From Rhodosorus marinus CCMP1338 (Eukaryota > Plantae > Rhodophyta): 64,000 nt of DNA. The translations under genes and the position numbers were made by a program. Of this stretch, positions 12,342-24,185 are shown in pieces. The stretch spans positions 1,426,001 to 1,490,000 of the forward strand of contig JAMWBK010000001.1 in assembly GCA_029953675.1 (NCBI GenBank), read 5' to 3'. The first letter of the stretch is position 1; each line of letters starts with the position of its first letter. The notes below the pieces were generated by a model. It saw nothing but the letters and a program-made list of their open reading frames with translations, had not been told where the DNA came from and ran no database searches.

Positions 12342-12473
12342 ATGGTTTCGATAGGGCGGGCGATAATAAAAATCATTCGAGGAGTAAAAAAAATCATTCG
12401 AGGAGTACCCCTCGATGCTGAAGCATTTCGACAGGGGCCATAGCGCCAAGTTTAGTGGTTTTTAATTGCCCTA

Positions 12474-15400
12474 TCTCCGTGAACAACAAGAGGTATATTG
12501 TAGCTGGCGCAAGGCAGGCTGCTGAGTATGCGAGTCCACTTGTCCGCTCAGAACATAGTATGCTGTATCGGAGCTGAGGTAAAAGCTTTTAGTACAAAAT
12601 CCCGCCGAGCATACCCTGGTAGACACCAGAAGCTGTTCGTATTATCAGAGGGCATCCTCCGGGGGTGTTGATACTGTACTGGGTGACTCCTTCCCCGCTA
12701 GAGAATAGGCGATTGTTGAAGAGAATAAGCCCAACCGTTCCTCCCAAGTCCGATTCGCACTTCCTCTCAAACTGCGCGTCAGCGATGTCGTAGGCAGTTA
12801 CGCTGTCGCATCCAACATATAAAATCTTTAGATCTTCGGAAAGTACTAAACTTTGCACACAGGGAGAATTGACCTCGGCAACCACCTCAAGCGTCTCCGG
12901 GTTCCACCGTCGTATGGTCTTAGTCAAGAGGCTTGGGGGGAACGGGTTAACTGTGTAGAGATCGGATTGTCCCCTGATCTCAAAATGAGTAATGTAAATC
13001 GTTCTGGCTTCGTTCACCTTCGTGTAGTTCTGGGAAACGTCGTACTGCATGACAATTCCTTCTCTCTCGAGCTCAGGAATACTGTACCCCACGTATAAAT
13101 ACTTGGCCGTGAGCGCAGCATCCACGGGCTCTAGTTGGAAGTTTCCGTACATCTCAGGTTTGATTTCAACCTCGGTCTGGAGGGTTATTGGCTCCATGAT
13201 CCTGACGGATTTGCCCGCTGGAGAGATCAAAAGCATTTTCTCTATGAGATCATCACTCGAACCTCGGATGAAGATCGGTCCTTGTGACGTGAGGAGATTA
13301 TCTCTCGTCTCAAGTAATTTCCCGTCCTCATCGATATGCCATCGACGAACGAAGCCGGCATCATCTGTTTTCTCCCACGTATACATGTATGAGCGGTACC
13401 GCATTACGGTCTTGTATCCTTCGCCACCTTCTTGAGGTTTAAGCATCTGCATCGCCCTGCTACCATTTCTGAGGCTGTGTGCAGCGTACAGCTCAATATT
13501 TCCCAGCTCATCAACAACCGCGACGTTGGTCTTACAATGAGCCAGTGATCCTATCAAGCTGATGAGCACGAAAGCAAACACTACTTTCATCTTCCAGCGC
13601 GCTTTTCTGTCTTCTCAGAAAGAGGTGTAAAAACCAACCACGTCTGTTTTCGATCGGCGAAACCTAGCTGAAATTTCAGCAGCAGACTACTAGGAGCAAT
13701 GCTAGGAATAGCTTGTTATCAGCTTCACACAGAAGAAACAGCGTGAACTTTCTTTTAAGCGTCTGCTTGGTTTGGCAGCCTCTCCAACAGATTCCTCTTA
13801 TTCCCTCAACAAGTCGTTGCACTAATTCTGTTCCAGTTGTTCCAGTTGCACCTTCCCCCTCTCGTGCCAAATGATGTTTCACAATCCCCACACTAAATTT
13901 ATATACACTCTAGCAGTACCCCAGGTCCAAGCTCGCAAACGTCGACATGGAGGTCTTTACCACTTTAGTTGGTTTTGTCTCTTTACGGCGTCTAGCCCGC
14001 CAAATCTCCAGATGGTTGGAACCAATCAAAAGAGCTTTTTGGCGCATGCTAAAATTAGAACTTGACTTTAGATTTCGAACGGAAAGAGAATCTCGGCATA
14101 TGATCGCCCAGTCTAGTTGTGCACATCTGAGGGGTCCAAAATTTTCTCCTCGAAGAGTAGAATATAATAGTGTTGTCATGTACCGTCCGATAAGGTTTAT
14201 CGGACAGTACGGATATTTTTTGAAGTGGAAAGACTATTGAAACACAGCATAAGACGAATGGGTGTCCAAATAAACTTATTCCAAAAACAGGTCCGATTGC
14301 CCGTCCGATAAACAGGACCGATAAATCGTCCGAAGTTCAATCAACGTTAGTCTAATAATCAATCATCTCCAGTCCAGGTATTGAATCATGATTACTTCTT
14401 GGAATGGCTCGTGTATCATGAATCATCATTACTTCTCCTAATGACCAGCTGACACTATCATGTAATGAATCATGATTATTTCTGGACTCGACAGGCTGGC
14501 AAACGTTGGTTGAAGATTGCGGTTAAGGTGGCAAGGACTTGGAGTAGAACAAGCGAGTTCCGAAGGGAGTTGTCTCGTGTCCTCTGGTAGCGTGAGTACT
14601 TTGGGGATCGACCATATGGTTGGTCGCGTTTCAGTGTCTTTTTGGGTTAACCCAGTGGTGGAGTTCAACCGCCGTTATTCTCGAGGCGAGTTCTTTGTGC
14701 CGTTCGTATTCCTTAGCCCCCGGGGGACTTAATTCTCGGAGCAAGCCGAGTGGACTTTTTCTTCGAGCCACATAGCCAGGAGCTTCAATAGTTTGGTAAC
14801 CATGAGTTCTGCCCGCATCGCAGACATTGGCATTTTGTCGCCCGCTCTCGTCTATGAAATCGCTGAAACCCTCCCAGACCACACTCTTCCTCTTCCCCTT
14901 CCCTATTCTTCACTACTAGGAATTTCAACTACAGTTCCCGAACGAAGACTTTCCTTGCTGCCCTAGTGCTCGTAGAACCATCCTAGTGGACCTCGGAAAA
15001 TATTGGGACCCTTACGTCCTCGGAATTTGCTAGCCTTTGTAAGTGGATTATCAACGGTAAGTCCTTGGAATCTCGTAACTCTTGTATGTGGATTGGTACC
15101 GTTGGAAATGCAGACAGCAAATGATCACATTGTTTATTCATCAACGGAAAAACCACCTGAGAGCAGGAAACCTAGCAAAACCGACCTGTACGATCCCACC
15201 AAAAAAGGTAGTAAGTCCTCGTATATTGATGAAAATCAAACGTTAGTCAAAACACAAACTCTGAAAAAGAAGAAATCCGAGCTAAGGGTAGGCGGGAGGG
15301 GCGGATCTCCATAAAGAGGAGCAGCAATGCAGCCCCAAATAACAAACCCTGAGCTCCTCCAACAATTTCAGTAGCCCCGCTGGCACAGGATGATTTCCTT

Positions 15401-15587
15401 CATCCACACAGCAATGGAACTAATCGATATCCTAAATATCCGAGGAGCAAAGGAGAGGCCATCAGCCCAGGTGGAGTCGGCAGGCAGTGAAACCCTTGGA
15501 TACTCCGCAGGACTTAATCCCTCGGTTCAAGTTCCTTGGCACTTGCTCATATGCTCTCACACCCTATCACCAGATAGTTGGCCACCG
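12474..15587. repeat. Segmental duplication copy 2
   Basis: See copy 1. Confidence 0.95.
12589..13590 (-). CDS. Secreted protein, 333 aa, paralog of 251-1252
   Basis: Same length; 15 amino-acid differences from copy 1. Confidence 0.85.
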   Translation of the reverse strand: MKVVFAFVLISLIGSLAHCKTNVAVVDELGNIELYAAHSLRNGSRAMQMLKPQEGGEGYKTVMRYRSYMYTWEKTDDAGFVRRWHIDEDGKLLETRDNLLTSQGPIFIRGSSDDLIEKMLLISPAGKSVRIMEPITLQTEVEIKPEMYGNFQLEPVDAALTAKYLYVGYSIPELEREGIVMQYDVSQNYTKVNEARTIYITHFEIRGQSDLYTVNPFPPSLLTKTIRRWNPETLEVVAEVNSPCVQSLVLSEDLKILYVGCDSVTAYDIADAQFERKCESDLGGTVGLILFNNRLFSSGEGVTQYSINTPGGCPLIIRTASGVYQGMLGGILY

Positions 15588-15597
15588 TAAATATAAT

Positions 15598-15632
15598 ATA
15601 AACGGTTATCGGACCGTCCGATAACCGTTTAT
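15598..15632. repeat. Perfect palindrome, 16-bp arms, 3-nt loop
   Basis: ataaacggttatcgga-ccg-tccgataaccgtttat. Confidence 0.95.
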
Positions 15633-17189
15633 TGGAGTTGTCTCTAGTAATAAGAGGTACTTTCTGTATAATTTTATCGGACTGGAATATAATAGGGCTT
15701 CCTCCGATAAATTTTCCGATAACGATCAATTGCGTCCGATATTTTTCAATGATTTTCTCTTCTTTTTCGGTGCATGGTCGTTTGCCGACTCGACTAAGGT
15801 TTGATTTTCTTCAATACGCGAGGTTGTGATTACACCTTCCATGATATCCCGAAGGTGGGTATGGCTCGATCAACAAATGCTTTGACAGCCTGTCGAAATC
15901 AGAAGTAATCTGTCCGGGAGGTTCTCACTTAATCATAATCATGATTCATTGCATGATAATGGAAGCTTGTCATGGCGAGGACAGCTTAGGCGTAAACATG
16001 ATTCACGATAAGCGAGCATTGACCCAAGAAGTTGTCAATGTTTCAATAACAGGACTTGGAGATGATTGACTATTAGACTGATGTTGATTGAATATCGGAC
16101 GACTTATCGGACCTGTTTATCGGACGGGTATTCGGACCTGTTTTTTCGAAGAATATCAATCGGACACACGCTGCTTTTATACTTGTTTTCAATAGTCTAT
16201 CCCCCGCTCCAAAAAAATTATTGGTAATATATAATCGTGCCGTCCGATAACGTTTGTCGGACGACACGATGATCGGACGGCACATGCCAACGCTACTTAT
16301 AGCCTTGCCTTGAGGATGGGTACAAAATCTACAGACGTCAGGCAGAGACAATGTTCACTATCTTCACTGCTGACAACGGGATCGGCAACGCTCACCCTAA
16401 AAAATCAATATTTTGTAGCTAATCAATGCCACGTCAGATCATGTGGGAGTTAGTCATTGGATTTTTTCGCTAATCCAGAGTGGGTCCAACTCAATGGGTG
16501 GCTTTATTCCGCGATGTATAATCGATTCCTACAGATTGAATGAGTACAAATTGGTTTCATTGAATATAAATTTGATGAATGGGAGACTGAATTGTGTGTT
16601 CAATGGAAGTATTTATTACCCGACGTAGCGGTTTCGTCATCTTTCATTCATCATTGGTAACCATTGCTATAATTAAATATAAAAACATCCCAATATTTAA
16701 GATACTACTTCATACAATTTATTCTTTTTTCAGTTTGGTATGAACTACCATTTTTAAATATGTGTATTTGCCAACCATTCCATTGACCACCCACCCAGTT
16801 CAACCCGTCCGTCCTACAAGACTGATGCTTTGTTACCCCAGTGCCAGTCGATCTCGTCCAAGAAACAAAAGCTTGGGTAACGCTTTTTTATGGGGACGGC
16901 TGGCAAACCGGCAATTCCACCCCTTGGTTTGGTGAAAGCTTTATATTCCACGGGGCAGTGCTGTCAGGGGCTGTTGAGGAACCAAGTCACAGTCTGTCTC
17001 TAAATGAAGAACCTTCTAGAAGTCAAACTGATTAGATTTAGGATATGCTTTGGTATTGCTCAGCCGGAGAAACGGGTCGCTAAATACCGTTTTAGAGCAG
17101 CATCTATGTACAGTTTACGGAATGGACTGGTCAAGCTGCGCATCGACCACAAGGTCCGACGCCTAGTGGCCATGTGGACTACGTACCCA

Positions 17190-17790
17190 AGCCTTGTACG
17201 TAACTGTATCCTTTACTGGTCAGCTGCCTACTGCAGCGCAACACTAATTCTATCACTATCTAGGGAAATGATCAGGCTCAACCCGGGCTCCCTGGGTCAC
17301 TAGTTACGATAAAAAGAAAAATAAGGAATCAGCGGCTGCTCAGACTGATCCACCCGCAGAGAGCTTAGTGCGAGCTCTGCGTTGCCTGCCCAAAGTGTAC
17401 GGTTTACTTGCGCTCTCACGTCGCGTAACTTTTCCTGCTTTGTCAGCATATGGGCACACCCATCTCGTAGGAAATCCTGGGTGATTTGACCGGTTCTGCC
17501 AAAGGTTTCAATCGCTATCCGGATGAACACATCATCGGGATGTTCAGTCGCCATGGCCTCCTTGTAGTGCGCTAAATTCCATCTCTCAGCATGTTTCGTG
17601 GCGTATCCGTTGGTGTTGTGGCTCTTAGGTAGGTGTCGTGCTTGGAGGGGCGAGATTACGGTCACAACAATGGCAAAACGTTGCCATGTCCTAGGGTGGA
17701 TACCCACTAGATCAGGTCGCAGATTCGAGTTCGTAAAGTAGTCCATGGGTTCCTGATTGACCTCTCGAAATTGCCAATGGTTAAGCCATC
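17190..17790 (-). mobile_element. 5'-truncated family C copy (RLE half + 3' UTR)
   Basis: ORF 17300-17746 LRPDLVGIHP..SPL..HYK..IETFG; 3' UTR gctgcagtaggcagc..cagtaaag. Confidence 0.85.
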
Positions 17791-17929
17791 TTGCCAGCTT
17801 AGTACATATCTCATCATGGCGCCTTTGCCACAGCCCAGACCAGGTACACAGTGGTGAAATATTTGTACTTTTTTAGTACGGTGCGTACTATGACAGGTAG
17901 TACACAGCTCCGTCGTCCGTAATCCTAGA

Positions 17930-19325
17930 ATCGGCGGCGCAACAGTTGTCGAATATTCACCTGGATTCCCAGATCAAGCACTCTACACAGCGGCATGCCC
18001 GGCCATCGGGAACGGCAGTACACGCCGAGTTCAAAGTTCAGAAAGCCCCAGGCAGAGTAGAAGACGCTCACCTCCGAACCGTTGGACGCCCAGGCCCGCA
18101 GTTTCAGCAAGCTGCTCTCAGACAGCCGCACGTACGGTGGGAGGTCTTCCTGGGGACCAGAGACCACACCGGTACTCGCCACCCTCAGGAACGTACGACC
18201 CCTACGACAGGATGAGGTGGCCCCCTCTGACTTTACAACGGTTCTTTATCGAGCCTTAGGGCTCCCAAGCCCTTATGAGGTGCACGTGGACCTCATTGCC
18301 TCCCACGCCAGCTTGCTATGTCACCCGGACGCGATTCCGAAAAGCGCCATTACCCGGGGAGTTTGCATCCTCTACCCTGCGACATCCCGATCGACAAGTC
18401 AGCCTCTACACCGGTCAGGCCCTGGAGGTCGACAACTTGTTGGGTTACAATGAACGTCAACGCCTCGCACAAACGGACAACACGACACGCGGCCCAGACA
18501 ATGAAGAGGGAGATCGAACACATTGTTAGGATCCGCTCGAGGCTGAGCAGGAGGCAACTCTTCTTCAATACTCTCGCGGTGATACACGAGTATCTGGATG
18601 CAAGGCTCACCGCCCTACAAGCCGGGCAACCTCCAACATAGGTACCCGGGGAGAGTGCGGAACCCCCAGTGCCTGCAGCCCCTGCGAACGCAGACCCTGA
18701 AGCCTCGCCCTATCGAGGCGACGCACAGGCAGCCCGTGGGCAATCGAGAATCTGGGTGATTCAAGGGGACATCCATGTAACCAGGAGGATACACCAGAGG
18801 GCAACCCCCACGCGGAGCTTCTCTGCAACCTTCCGGAGCCTCCACAACCGAAGCGTTCGCGAGCACGCGTTGTCGGCACAATCCCAGATACGAAGATGAC
18901 CCCGGCACCTGTAGAGACCCCATGAGCCAACACCTTGCCACAGCCTAACCTTGACGGCAACCAACACCAGATGGACACAAGGGATAGTCAGGAAAAAAAA
19001 CAACACGCCCAATAATGCCCAGCAGACGTAGGGGAATCAAACGACGACGAGAGGAGCCTCTGTTCTTCTCCAATCGTCAAGACTGGATCAAACGCTGGAC
19101 GGACTTCGTAGACGACATTACGGAAGGAGGCATGCAAAGGACACGCATTACACACTGCCCGGTCCCCACAAGGCGCTTTGTGCCTCGCGCCCACGTCAAT
19201 ACTTGGAACCGCCTCCTCAGCGCTGCACTTGAGCTTTCCATAGCCAGCGCCGCACCAACGAACGCGAGCCTGCTCCTCGTTGGACTTCCAGGCCTGGTAC
19301 TAGGATACTCTGCCCTTGTCTGGGG
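17930..19325 (+). mobile_element. C-type element C1: decayed ORF1 and ORF2 N-terminus
   Basis: LATLRNVRP ORF1 motif (ORF 18082-18453); ORF2 start 19015 homologous to ORF 20914-21357. Confidence 0.8.
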
Positions 19326-19969
19326 TTGCAACAAACCCTCTCCAGAGAGGCACGCCATGCAGCTTTCCAAAGCCTGGTATCCCACAGGCAAATTTCGGCT
19401 GAAGATCGGGCCAGAATTCGGTCCGCAGCCGGCGCTGGATCAGGAGTGTGGTTACTGGAAATGCCGACGCTCGCGCCGAAAAAGCTGAGTACAGCAGAAC
19501 TGCAAGTGAATGTACGACAGCTGTTGGGTTTGCCGATACCGGGAATACGGACGTCGGGGAAGTGTACTAGTTGTGGTAGTAGTCATCGTACTAACGGCGT
19601 ACAAAGGTTTCACCACTGCCCAACATCGACGGGACTATGGCAGCGAAGGCACGACGAAATCTGTACGGAGCTGAAGCGATGGCTGAATCGCTGGAGTTTC
19701 ATCGACATTGAGCAACAACCGGAGGTGTACTTTGAGAACTACCGACTAAGACCGGATATCATTGCCACTCATCCCTAGTTCCAAAGATAGCGATAGGTGC
19801 TCTGCGAGTGGACCAGTTGGCGAATCCACTGGTCCCTGTTTTCGTTTGAACGTAGCATGAGACCCCGGTAGCGGGGTTAACGTAAGCTTTTCCCTAGATA
19901 GTAGTAGAACTAGTGATACGCTGCAGTAGGCAGCTGCGCAGTAAAGTTTACGGTTAAGCTAGTCTGGGG
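19326..19969 (+). mobile_element. 5'-truncated C-type copy (zinc knuckle + partial RLE + 3' UTR)
   Basis: CTSC..HHC..RRHDEI..RPDIIATHP; hairpin-rich UTR; gtctgggg at both flanks (19318-19325, 19962-19969). Confidence 0.85.
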
Positions 19970-20170
19970 CCAAGGACTCTTCCCAGAACCTGCGGCAGGT
20001 CACTTACCAGACGAGGTGGCGGAGGCCCTGGACTAGCTGCACAACACTGACAACACGACTCTTAAGAGCCGATGGGGTCCCACAAAAGCCGCTGATGAGG
20101 GCCTCCCGTCGATTGTGGCACGTCTTCCGCAGAGCAAGAGCCCAGGGCCCAGTGGAATGCCGAGGATGAG
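19970..20170 (+). mobile_element. RT domain-0 fragment of a C-type element
   Basis: Plus-strand frame reads GLFPEP...LPQSKSPGPSGM (cf. GRSPGPSGL in B); one internal stop; abuts C2 in inverted orientation. Confidence 0.65.
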
Positions 20171-22634
20171 TATTGGCATCAACTCCGGGAAGCAGGCTTC
20201 AGCTACCAGTGCCGCCACTCTCCTGTCGATCCCGTTGAACGCGTTCTCCAAGTCGAGTTTCAGCAGCGCGTGTTGAGGTTCGTACTGTAATAAGTGGGCT
20301 TGAACGGCGTGTAGGGCTTGTTTACATCCGCGACGAACGGATATTTCCAGTTGTTTTGGAGCAAGAAACGTGCTCAGTCTACTTGAAACCTCGCGAAGCA
20401 CCCACTGGGCTGCCAACTCTCGTAAAACTTCTGGAACCGCGATCATTCTAACACGAACTCGTCGAGGGACTTCGACTTCAGAGGCGTATTCCTTGTCGGG
20501 CTTTATGAAGGGCAGCAGTCGGCTGCTACTCAGGGCTTGCCGCAGCGTACGTGGAAATATTTCAGGGTTCTTCACGAGACAGCGCAGGAACCGTATCAGC
20601 AGAGGCCTTCGTTGGAGTCACTGCCTGCAGACGCTCGGCGCGAAGGCCTCAGGACCCGTTTTTGGCAGGTGTCAATAGACACCTATTTATCACGTCAGAC
20701 GGGTTCCATTGGCGGGGAGGGTGCTCCCTAGCTTCGTCGAGAATTCGGTTCATTTCTTTCGCAACATCCGGATGTAACGGTTCCATCGACGCCTCTGGAA
20801 ATAGCTCACACAGAGCATTCCACGTGGACGACGTCTGCGGTGCGAGCTCCGTGGCCTCCAGGCGCTGTGCAGCTGCAGAGAGGCGTCCAGAATGGGCCAG
20901 CTTCACGACCTGTCTATTTTGTCCAAGTCTCTCTCTGGTTATCAGCTCTCCTCTCACGAGGAGAGGGCTGACTGGTGGTAGCCATATTTAACGCCTTCCA
21001 TACAACTGAGAATTCACCCTCCAAGCCGTGCCCCATTTGTTCCCCGATCTGAAGATCACAGATCCCTAGCGCCAGGCCAGGTAGTGCCATGATGAAGAGG
21101 CGTAAAAGCGGAGCCGCTGCAGTGTTCAATGCGAGACCTAGAGCACGGTGGAGTAGTAGGTCCAAATTTTTCACCTGGGCATCAGGTACGTGTTCACGGG
21201 TCCGTACAGGGCTAATTTTTTCTGTGACCATCCACCAGCGGCGGCCGTCGTCCGTATGTGCAACTAGGAACATGTGAAGCCGTTGTTCCCAAGTCTCCGG
21301 ATCCGTGGTGATCAGCGCGGTGTCTTGCAGCCGCTTTCTCGAACCTGGGACGCTCATGATTGGACGTTTTCGGGCGCAGATGGGGTAACCTCCTGTCTCG
21401 GCTTCTTCAGAGATCGTATCTCGTCGGTGACGGGGGTATTTTCATCATGAACCACTTCCATAGTTCTCGGCTGGGCCTCTGAGCTGCCGGTACCCGAAGT
21501 TTCAGAAGGCCCAATATCTGGCGGTAATTCGCTTTGTGCATTGCCCGGTGTGACTTCGGGAATCGGTGCACTTTCGTTATCGGCTCCTGTCTGCAGGGGG
21601 ATCTGACTCTCTCCTTCCGTGACAGTGGAGACCATGCGGTGGGGTGCGGGTTCCCGCGACTCAAGGCGCGAGCGCAGATACTCCATGAGAGCATCCAGGT
21701 GCACATGGATGGAAGCCGAGGTAGTGAACGGCATCGAACGCAGGGAAATCAGGCTCTAAACTCTCTCCATATCTTCAATGGCTCGTTCAAGTGTGCGTTG
21801 GCTGACTTCATGTGTCTGCAGTGTGAGCCTCTCATTGTACCCGATCAGGTTCCGCGCTTCTGGCTCGACTCCGGTGTGAATTGTTACCTAGTGATCTTGG
21901 AGGCGTCTCGCGAAGGATCCAAACACATCTGAGCGGAACACTCCCCTCGCAATGGCGCTGGTGATCAATGGTATCGGGTCAGGATGACATACCAGCAGTG
22001 CGTGGGCGGCGACAAAATCGATATGTGCAATCAGGTGTACCGGAATACCCAACGCTGTGCACAGGACTTGTTTGTAATCCGAGAGCGCCACCAATTCGTT
22101 GCGCGGCGGGCGTACGTTGCGCTGCGGGCGTACGTTGCGCAACGTGGCGAGCACCGGGTCCGTATCGGGGCCCCGTCTACTTCCTCCAACCGTGGCGTGC
22201 AGTTGTCTGAGGGCTGTCTGCTGATTCATCCGGGCTGCCTTCGCTGCACGCTGTGCGTACGTGCCACTGGGAGGGGTATATCCCAAGGTGGGGAATGCTA
22301 GATCCTGTTGTCCCACCCGGACTGTCCCGGACTCCGCTGTCCCAGTTGCTGTTGTCCCATGGTGTGCAACCCTCGGTGTCCCACCCCAGACTCCTCTGTT
22401 GACTGATCCATGGATTGACTCCCAAGTTGATAGGGTATCTTCTGGTTCTGTCCACGGCGCGCGGGTGACTTCCTTGCGGCACTTCCGAGGGGTTCCACAG
22501 CATGGGGTTTGCACCCAAACGCTCCAGTTGATCATTAATCCCCTTCAGGTCAGCCGCTGTGCCTGCCCTGGAGTACAACCGGTCGACATTAACGAAAATA
22601 CGCTGCAATCTGCGACTGCCACCCCAATATCTTC
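20170..22634 (-). mobile_element. C-type element C2, downstream part (ORF1 remainder, ORF2 to about RT domain 3), 3'-truncated and frameshifted
   Basis: NVRP motif in ORF 21888-22535; ORF1 end 21354; ORF2 start 21357; LKLDLENAFNGIDR RT motif. Confidence 0.85.
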
Positions 22635-22905
22635 ATTGGTAGACATTGATTAAGAGCAGTTTTTGGTTTCGTGAGGGTGTATGGTGCTGGCTTTTGGTGG
22701 TTTTGAGTCGCAATTGTGTTCTTCGGTGGGAGGCGCTTCTTTCTGCAGCCTTTCCCCCGCATCTTCTAGTGGTATGGTGCGTGCTGGAGGGTGCTAGCGC
22801 CCCTTGGAGGGCGTTGGTGGCTTTTCTTTGGTTGCAAACGTTGGGAACAAGTTCTCTTTTTGGGGGTTTCGTGGGGGAATCGGTTTTTCACACCTTCCAA
22901 TCGTT

Positions 22906-24048
22906 ATGGTTGGGGTTTCCCCACCCATTCCGGCGGACGGAGCCGTTCTCTCAGCGCGCGTGGAGCTCAGCGTGGGCGGGTTTAGTACCGCGGCCACCCT
23001 CACGGACTGCGCTGACGAGTTAGCCGATGGGATCTGCTCGAAACTGACGAGTCTTCTTGTGACTGCTTCCCAGGAACACCGCCTGCCCCTGCTGATCGCC
23101 TATTTGGAGCGCTTCTCCGCCTCCGCGCCTGCCCCATACCCCCCGGTGCCCGTCCCCGCGGATCCGCACGGTACAGCGGGGCCTGCCTCCACCCGACCCG
23201 AGCGCTCCGCTCCGGTCATTCCTGATTCCGACTGGCCTACCCCTATTCAAAGACAGACGCCTCCTGGGCCCGCGTCGGGCCCGAATCCTGCTCCCTCCAG
23301 TGCCCCACGTGCGACCTATTCGCAGGTCCTGCGCAGGGGCTCTTCTGAACAACGCACGACGGCAATGGTGCGTATGATGCCACAACACATCCCTATTGAC
23401 TCTTCTCGCCAACTATCTCCGTTCCACTTTGTTTGGATGACGAACGTGCGTCCCCAGCCCCCCTCTTGTGGTCGGGGCCGCGCGCCCGTCCACTACCGCG
23501 ATTTTCGCGACACCATGGCTTCCTCCCTTGGGGTCGCCCCGTCTGAATTCCTATATGTGGACTCCACGGGCCCTCATGCCTGTTTTATTGTTACTGACTC
23601 GGCTTACCAGTTCCTTCAATCGCTTGTAACAACCCCCGCGCCCCAGCGCTCTGCTCTGGCCAACATGATTCTGACTCGTCCTCACGTCTCTTTGTTTGTC
23701 GAGTTCGATCGTTTTGACGCCGGCTGGGTTCCTCCGTCGGCCTTGCAAAACCTGGATGCCTCGCAGGCTTCGGTTGTCGCGCTACACACTCATGCGGCGC
23801 GGCTCTCGCGCATACAGGCGAGCCTCTTCGCGCGTTTTCCTCCTCGCGGGGTCCTCCGCACCGCGCTAGAGGCCTTCTTCTCCACTGAGGCCACCCTGCT
23901 GGAAGCCCACCCTGCGTTTGACCTTCTGCCGCCGACTCCTGAGCACCCTTCCTCCCCTCGCCCTGTCTCCGAGGCTCGTGACAGAAGCACCATCGGCCTC
24001 TCCGAATCCGCTGGCTCTGGACACCCTCAGTCAAGACTCCGCTGCTGA
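22906..24048 (+). CDS. B1 ORF1 (unrecognised domain; frame open from 22804)
   Basis: Uninterrupted ORF; MVGVSP start and TYSQV..NVRPQ..DFRDT..SLG motifs shared with A ORF1. Confidence 0.85.
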   Translation: MVGVSPPIPADGAVLSARVELSVGGFSTAATLTDCADELADGICSKLTSLLVTASQEHRLPLLIAYLERFSASAPAPYPPVPVPADPHGTAGPASTRPERSAPVIPDSDWPTPIQRQTPPGPASGPNPAPSSAPRATYSQVLRRGSSEQRTTAMVRMMPQHIPIDSSRQLSPFHFVWMTNVRPQPPSCGRGRAPVHYRDFRDTMASSLGVAPSEFLYVDSTGPHACFIVTDSAYQFLQSLVTTPAPQRSALANMILTRPHVSLFVEFDRFDAGWVPPSALQNLDASQASVVALHTHAARLSRIQASLFARFPPRGVLRTALEAFFSTEATLLEAHPAFDLLPPTPEHPSSPRPVSEARDRSTIGLSESAGSGHPQSRLRC

Positions 24049-24185
24049 AAACCCTGTGTCTACTTTCTTCAGGTCTTTTAGTTCCTTCGTGCGCCCCCCA
24101 CGTAAGCGTCGTGCGGCTCCTAAGCCTCCCTCCGAGGCACCTCCTCCGGATATTCGATCTGCCTTCCCGACTGAGGGGAGGCCCG

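Noticed and set aside
17930-19969. An RT-less, endonuclease-only retroelement (ORF1 + RLE)
   Set aside because: gtctgggg flanks 19326-19969 on both sides and RT domain-0 sequence follows, so it is better read as a truncated copy inserted into another element
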